Positions 15,863 through 20,000 of a DNA stretch of 20,000 nucleotides are shown here, one piece after another. Below the pieces are notes generated by a model. It did not search any database. It saw only the letters and a list, made by a program, of their open reading frames with translations, and had not been told where the DNA came from. A program made the position numbers and the translations under genes. Positions within the stretch are counted from its first letter, which is position 1, and each line of letters opens with the position of its first letter. The DNA comes from an uncultured virus (IMG/VR IMGVR_UViG_3300025158_000014) (lineage: Duplodnaviria > Heunggongvirae > Uroviricota > Caudoviricetes): the IMG/VR virus record IMGVR_UViG_3300025158_000014; one strand, given 5' to 3'.

Positions 15863-16384
15863 TCAAAAGTTTTTGGCTAACTCCTCGTTATCAGTATCAC
15901 CCATGGCATGAAGAGTGGCGATAATTTTAGTCATGTTTTTATATACATAGTCATGGTTTGATTGGAAATTATCATAAGTTGATATGGATATTCCTAGTAT
16001 ATTTTGCATAATGTGTCGTGGTATAGAAGTTATACCCAGAAACGTTTTATCTATATTAACAATAAAAGAAATTATATCTTCTTTTTGAACTTTACTGAAC
16101 TGTAATTTAATATCTTTTTCCAGCTGTAATAAAGGTTCTTTATCTAAGATGTCAGCGTGTACGGAATAATCCAGTATTAATTTCATTAAATGGAGAACAC
16201 CTTTACCAGCTTTACCTAATTGCTCTTGAAATGTTTTTGATTTACGGACTTTTATGCCCATCTTTTGACCGAGTTTTTGAAGTGAAGCTAAAAACTCATC
16301 AGAAACTTCATTAATTTCATTAGTTAGATATATAAATCCTAATATATTAAATTCACGTTCGTTTAAATATTGCTGAAATTTCAT
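15863..16384 (-). CDS. Late hypothetical protein with capsid-targeting-like N-terminus
   Basis: Begins MKFQQYLNE; TATAAATA at 16417-16424. Confidence 0.75.
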   Translation of the reverse strand: MKFQQYLNEREFNILGFIYLTNEINEVSDEFLASLQKLGQKMGIKVRKSKTFQEQLGKAGKGVLHLMKLILDYSVHADILDKEPLLQLEKDIKLQFSKVQKEDIISFIVNIDKTFLGITSIPRHIMQNILGISISTYDNFQSNHDYVYKNMTKIIATLHAMGDTDNEELAKNF

Positions 16385-16416
16385 AAAAAATTAATATCCT
16401 TAATGTAATATAAACA

Positions 16417-16424
16417 TATTTATA
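16417..16424 (-). promoter_or_regulatory. T4-type late promoter
   Basis: TATAAATA on the minus strand. Confidence 0.65.
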
Positions 16425-16430
16425 TATTAT

Positions 16431-16658
16431 CTACAAATAATTCATTTTAATATCATTCACATATTTTTTGTAATCATGGATTATCTCAAGGCGACCTTCT
16501 TCGAGAATAAAGCCATCATCATCAACGATGCGGTGGTACTCATACGGGCTAAAGCGATAAATTTTAACCCATAGATTATCCTTGATTTTCTCTTTGTATA
16601 AGAGACCGAATTCGTTTCCTAGCACTTCATGGACAGGTTCTTTTTTCATCATAGTCAA
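16431..16658 (-). CDS. Hypothetical protein
   Basis: 75-aa ORF with GGGAG RBS; exact start uncertain. Confidence 0.6.
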   Translation of the reverse strand: MTMMKKEPVHEVLGNEFGLLYKEKIKDNLWVKIYRFSPYEYHRIVDDDGFILEEGRLEIIHDYKKYVNDIKMNYL

Positions 16659-16685
16659 TGTCTCCCTTCACTGACATTATACACA

Positions 16686-17606
16686 TTATACCCTCTTACG
16701 TCTACGAATATTTACGGTATCTGACGTTTTTGGAATATTATTTTTTATAAAGTCTCTCAGGTCATCCCAATTCAACATTTCATTTTCGAAATCTTTACTT
16801 GATTTCATGGGTTTACCTGACTCCTTAACGTTTATATATTTAAAGCTTTTGATTATAAAGGTCTTATCTTTGCTGTATTTTCCTATTTGTTCTATTCTTT
16901 CTCCGGGTTGTTGTATGTACTTATTTTTACCCTTCATCGTCTCTTTGGTATCACCTGTTGTCATATACACGGTGTTTTTGTTACCACCAAGAATAATATT
17001 TATATCACCATCTATATGAGTTCCTATAATGTTATATTTATGTCTTAATATATCCGTAACTGTATTTGCGGCTCCAGAATGAGTTTTTAGCATAATATCA
17101 TAAGGAACCCTTCTTTCCCGTGTTTTATTTTGTTCCACTGCTACATAGAAGTCTGTCAGCACCCATGTTAAATGAACATCTTTTGGTTTATATCCCACTT
17201 CTAATAATTGAGGTATAATTTCAGTTATATCATTTATATCTTTCAACGTTACATCAAACATTATATTAGGTAGATTATTTTTTGATGCGCCTGCTAGAAG
17301 TAATTCAAGAGTTTCGTCTTTCCACCCTTTATCTTTTACAAATTGATGTAATCTTTTAATGTCATCTGGATTACTCCAAACTGTATTAGCAATTTCAGGA
17401 TTTTCTTTCTTTAGCTTTGATATTTTAACTGCCATTTTTTTTAATTCATCCACATCTCTGACCTTAAACTTGTTTTTTTCCATGAAATTGGACGAGGAGA
17501 ATCCCTTTCCGCTCCCGGCACCTCCAGCGAGAAAAACAATTTGACCGTATGACTTTCCCCCGCCAACGATAATTTGTTTTTCTGTAATATAACTTTCAAA
17601 ACGCAT
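16686..17606 (-). CDS. P-loop kinase/NTPase (zeta-toxin/AAA_33-like) with capsid-targeting-like N-terminus
   Basis: Walker A GGAGSGKG, DVDE, IMFDVT, lid-like NKTRERRVP; begins MRFESYITE. Confidence 0.8.
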   Translation of the reverse strand: MRFESYITEKQIIVGGGKSYGQIVFLAGGAGSGKGFSSSNFMEKNKFKVRDVDELKKMAVKISKLKKENPEIANTVWSNPDDIKRLHQFVKDKGWKDETLELLLAGASKNNLPNIMFDVTLKDINDITEIIPQLLEVGYKPKDVHLTWVLTDFYVAVEQNKTRERRVPYDIMLKTHSGAANTVTDILRHKYNIIGTHIDGDINIILGGNKNTVYMTTGDTKETMKGKNKYIQQPGERIEQIGKYSKDKTFIIKSFKYINVKESGKPMKSSKDFENEMLNWDDLRDFIKNNIPKTSDTVNIRRRKRV

Positions 17607-17642
17607 GATAAGACCCCTAATGTTATGATTGGTATTTAATGT

Positions 17643-17650
17643 TATTTATA
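17643..17650 (-). promoter_or_regulatory. T4-type late promoter
   Basis: TATAAATA immediately after the upstream terminator. Confidence 0.65.
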
Positions 17651-17684
17651 AAAAAATAGGGGTGACCCGAAGACCACCCCTATT
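17650..17684 (-). terminator. Intrinsic terminator with C(UUCG)G loop
   Basis: AATAGGGGTGGTC-TTCG-GGTCACCCCTATTTTTTT on the minus strand. Confidence 0.85.
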
Positions 17685-17704
17685 GTATTACATTATATTA
17701 TAAT
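17684..17704. repeat. 21-bp direct repeat, copy 1
   Basis: TGTATTACATTATATTATAAT, identical to 19623-19643. Confidence 0.85.
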
Positions 17705-17707
17705 GTT

Positions 17708-19273
17708 TTATTTAAAAACTACGGTAGGATCTTGTTGAAAGGATCCTTCGCGGTTATGTCCATCACCAAAATCAGCGCCATCATAACATGCACCGGCAAT
17801 CCATACATGACCTGCTGATATACAGTCTGCCTTTGTGGTAAGGACACTGTGATCAGAATCGGCAATACATGTACGAAGACCTGAATTCCAACGGTGACCG
17901 TATTGTTTACATGTCAACTCTGCGTATTGGAGAGCGGATGACGTGGTATTATAGTTAAAATTAACAAGACTAAAATTACCCGGCGTACTTGCATCAATAC
18001 ACTCCGAACCAGCAACTGCTTTAGGCTCCCAATGATTACCTGATGCTATACATTCATCACGTTTGATTTGGGTGGATGATTGAGTCAAAGCATTAACTTC
18101 TGCCGCAGTATACTTTGTGCAACCAGTTCCACCATCAAATTTATATCCAACAGGGCAGTCGTCGTCGGATGCCGCGACTAGGGTGCAAACACCGCCACCC
18201 GAAACATACTCATTAACAGTCAGACCTGAAATTGCATTACATCCGGCTTGGTCATCGGTTGATCCAAGAGCAACAGGGTCAAATGTAACAGGGAGATCTT
18301 GACAATATCCATAATCACCTTGATTAGCATCACCTGTGTTGTTTGTTCCCGGATTCCAGAAAAATCCGTTTGCCTGACAGCGTGATTTGTCCACGATATC
18401 TTCTGCGCGAACGGTATTTCCAACTACATATCCATTTTTATCGACAATTGTTGGTTCTGCGTATACAGTAACATTCCCGTTTACAATAGCAACCGTTTTT
18501 TTCTGAACAGACAATTGAGCCATATCAGGTTTTCTGACGGTTTTGATTGTAGGAGTATTATCTGTGGTATAAGGTGGAATTGTATATGATCCACTAGGAG
18601 TATATGAAGATGTTGTGTTGGGTGACAAATCTGCGTTTGTATATTCCGTAACTACCCCACCCAATTCATATAGATTATGATTAACATAATCTGTGGACGG
18701 AATTCCAACTTCACCTGTTCCTATATACGAGATTGTTTCAGTATCACCATCAACATAATTGATACCGGCATTAACAACGGTAAATCCAGAAACCACTCCA
18801 GCGTTCGCTGTTACTGTACCAGTAAGACCGGTACCAACAAGATCCGATTCAAGTTCATTAACAGAAATGATATCTCCTGTTAACCAACCAGTTCCACCAT
18901 CAGTAACAGTAACTGTATTAACCGCACCAGTGACAGATGATACGGTACTGTCGATAGTTCCTGTGTCTGCATCAGAAAAATCCAAAGATTCTGCGAGAGT
19001 GATTGAATCTCCTACAGCATATCCAATACCTTTTGTTACGATACTCAGTGTTGGGACAAGACCTGCGGTAACTTCCAGAGATACAGTACAGCCAGTACCA
19101 CCACCATCGGTTGTTGTTGCATAACCTAAACCACTATTATCATAAACACCTTCTACAAGTACTCCGCCAGCATTATCAACGGTTGCGCCTAAGCTAGTTG
19201 GTTCACCAACGATAGTGGTGATTGTAAACACAAAAGGTGTTACGGGACGATTTGATTGTTGACCTAAAGACAT
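17708..19273 (-). CDS. Putative virion structural protein with G-G-G-Y beta repeats and a Cys-rich repeat C-terminus
   Basis: 521 aa, GGAGG RBS, late promoter. N-half repeats NSGLGY, KGIGY..GD, GGTGW..GD, NAGINY..GD; C-half repeats C-x-x-x-G-x-x-W...C. Confidence 0.8.
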   Translation of the reverse strand: MSLGQQSNRPVTPFVFTITTIVGEPTSLGATVDNAGGVLVEGVYDNSGLGYATTTDGGGTGCTVSLEVTAGLVPTLSIVTKGIGYAVGDSITLAESLDFSDADTGTIDSTVSSVTGAVNTVTVTDGGTGWLTGDIISVNELESDLVGTGLTGTVTANAGVVSGFTVVNAGINYVDGDTETISYIGTGEVGIPSTDYVNHNLYELGGVVTEYTNADLSPNTTSSYTPSGSYTIPPYTTDNTPTIKTVRKPDMAQLSVQKKTVAIVNGNVTVYAEPTIVDKNGYVVGNTVRAEDIVDKSRCQANGFFWNPGTNNTGDANQGDYGYCQDLPVTFDPVALGSTDDQAGCNAISGLTVNEYVSGGGVCTLVAASDDDCPVGYKFDGGTGCTKYTAAEVNALTQSSTQIKRDECIASGNHWEPKAVAGSECIDASTPGNFSLVNFNYNTTSSALQYAELTCKQYGHRWNSGLRTCIADSDHSVLTTKADCISAGHVWIAGACYDGADFGDGHNREGSFQQDPTVVFK

Positions 19274-19327
19274 AATATTTCCTCCATATTATATTAATAT
19301 TATTTTTACCCAAAAGGGTCTTATTTT

Positions 19328-19335
19328 TATTTATA
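19328..19335 (-). promoter_or_regulatory. T4-type late promoter
   Basis: TATAAATA on the minus strand. Confidence 0.65.
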
Positions 19336-19359
19336 AAAATATGAATATATTTTTTATAA

Positions 19360-19623
19360 TTAGAGGGAGATTATATGGGATAACTTCATGTTAACATTGA
19401 CTTTTTCAGCATCTATACCTAACTCATCAATAATATAAAATGCTATTAGACCGGGTAAATGTATGCTAGGATTACCTACATACATTTTATAAACTTCTTC
19501 TAAGGTGGAGTTTTCAGAGACCATCGCAATTTGTTCTGATAGAGTAATAAGGGGAGTTTCCATATCAAGAGTGTTGTATGTCACTCCCCAATTATTTTTT
19601 ATGATTTTTAATAATTTTTTCAT
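19360..19623 (-). CDS. Hypothetical protein, probably translated from a leaderless mRNA
   Basis: 87 aa; no SD sequence; ATG lies 7 nt after a TATAAT. Confidence 0.65.
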   Translation of the reverse strand: MKKLLKIIKNNWGVTYNTLDMETPLITLSEQIAMVSENSTLEEVYKMYVGNPSIHLPGLIAFYIIDELGIDAEKVNVNMKLSHIISL

Positions 19624-19643
19624 GTATTACATTATATTATAAT
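19623..19643. repeat. 21-bp direct repeat, copy 2
   Basis: Identical to 17684-17704. Confidence 0.85.
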
Positions 19644-19659
19644 TAAATGCCCCTGTAAA
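19631..19659 (-). promoter_or_regulatory. Sigma70 promoter
   Basis: TTTACA-N17-TATAAT. Confidence 0.6.
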
Positions 19660-19689
19660 CAGAACTCATGTAAACAGGGGCATTTAATT
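19641..19689. terminator. 16-bp inverted repeat, likely terminator
   Basis: AATTAAATGCCCCTGT / ACAGGGGCATTTAATT directly after the stop at 19690. Confidence 0.65.
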
Positions 19690-19923
19690 TTATCGAGGTG
19701 CTACGGTTGATACTGCGACACTACCACTTTTCACGGGTTTTGATTTACTTTTTACAGACTCTTCTGAATCATCATCATCACTTTTCTTTTTCTTTTTATT
19801 GATGATGTTATTACGTGTCTGTAATTTAGCAACATCCCCGGTAGTTGTTCCGGTTGAAATTCCTGTAGGTGTACCAGATATTTCTTCCCCTATGTATGTA
19901 CTAATCCTTTCCAATATATCCAT
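19690..19923 (-). CDS. Small low-complexity protein (K-rich and D/E-rich tracts)
   Basis: GAGGA RBS; MDILERISTYIGEE...KKKKKSDDDDSEE. Confidence 0.7.
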   Translation of the reverse strand: MDILERISTYIGEEISGTPTGISTGTTTGDVAKLQTRNNIINKKKKKSDDDDSEESVKSKSKPVKSGSVAVSTVAPR

Positions 19924-19932
19924 GATATCCTC

Positions 19933-20000
19933 TTATGGTAGTGCCGGTATAGGATTAACAATCACAGGATCAACCACAACAGGATCAACCACAACAGGAT
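19933..20000 (-). CDS. 3' end of a gene with DPVVV repeats (truncated by the window edge)
   Basis: ...PVVVDPVVVDPVIVNPIPALP*. Confidence 0.6.
   Translation of the reverse strand, partial: PVVVDPVVVDPVIVNPIPALP
19964..20000. repeat. 15-bp tandem repeat
   Basis: ACAGGATCAACCACA x2 plus a partial copy running off the window end. Confidence 0.9.

Noticed and set aside
18117..19124. Nested or antisense ORFs inside long genes (also 237-422, 3885-4121, 4496-4696, 7546-7863, 9407-9655, 10913-11357, 12936-13142, 13204-13395, 13971-14294, 16807-17544)
   Set aside because: They overlap better-supported genes and lack RBSs or recognisable motifs.
1..20000. Stop-codon reassignment as the cause of the broken ORFs
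   Set aside because: Long conserved genes are intact in the standard code, RtcB ends at its natural KG-TGA, and the breaks mostly need frame changes rather than readthrough.

Overview
AT-rich, gene-dense segment that looks like a large T4-like (possibly jumbo) bacteriophage. TATAAATA late-promoter motifs precede structural-looking genes, TTGACW-N17 sigma70 promoters precede small accessory genes, and one terminator has a C(UUCG)G loop. From left to right it holds the 3' part of an RtcB RNA ligase, then a ~1.7 kb non-coding control region (two NrdR-box-like palindromes, two DnaA boxes, a sigma70 promoter with a palindromic spacer, a divergent sigma54-like promoter). Next come an unannotated 49-aa ribbon-helix-helix-like gene, a DNA N4/N6 methyltransferase, an NDP-sugar epimerase/decarboxylase and a class I SAM methyltransferase. 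These are followed by three tandem ~555-aa paralogues (two share a perfect 124-bp 5' block), a NADAR protein, many small early genes, a candidate sRNA and a CxxCH membrane protein. The right end has late genes with capsid-targeting-like N-termini (including a P-loop kinase) and a Cys-rich repeat protein inside a 21-bp direct repeat. Several ORFs are broken at homopolymer runs, so single-base sequencing errors are a real possibility. All calls come from reading the sequence by eye; no database searches were run.
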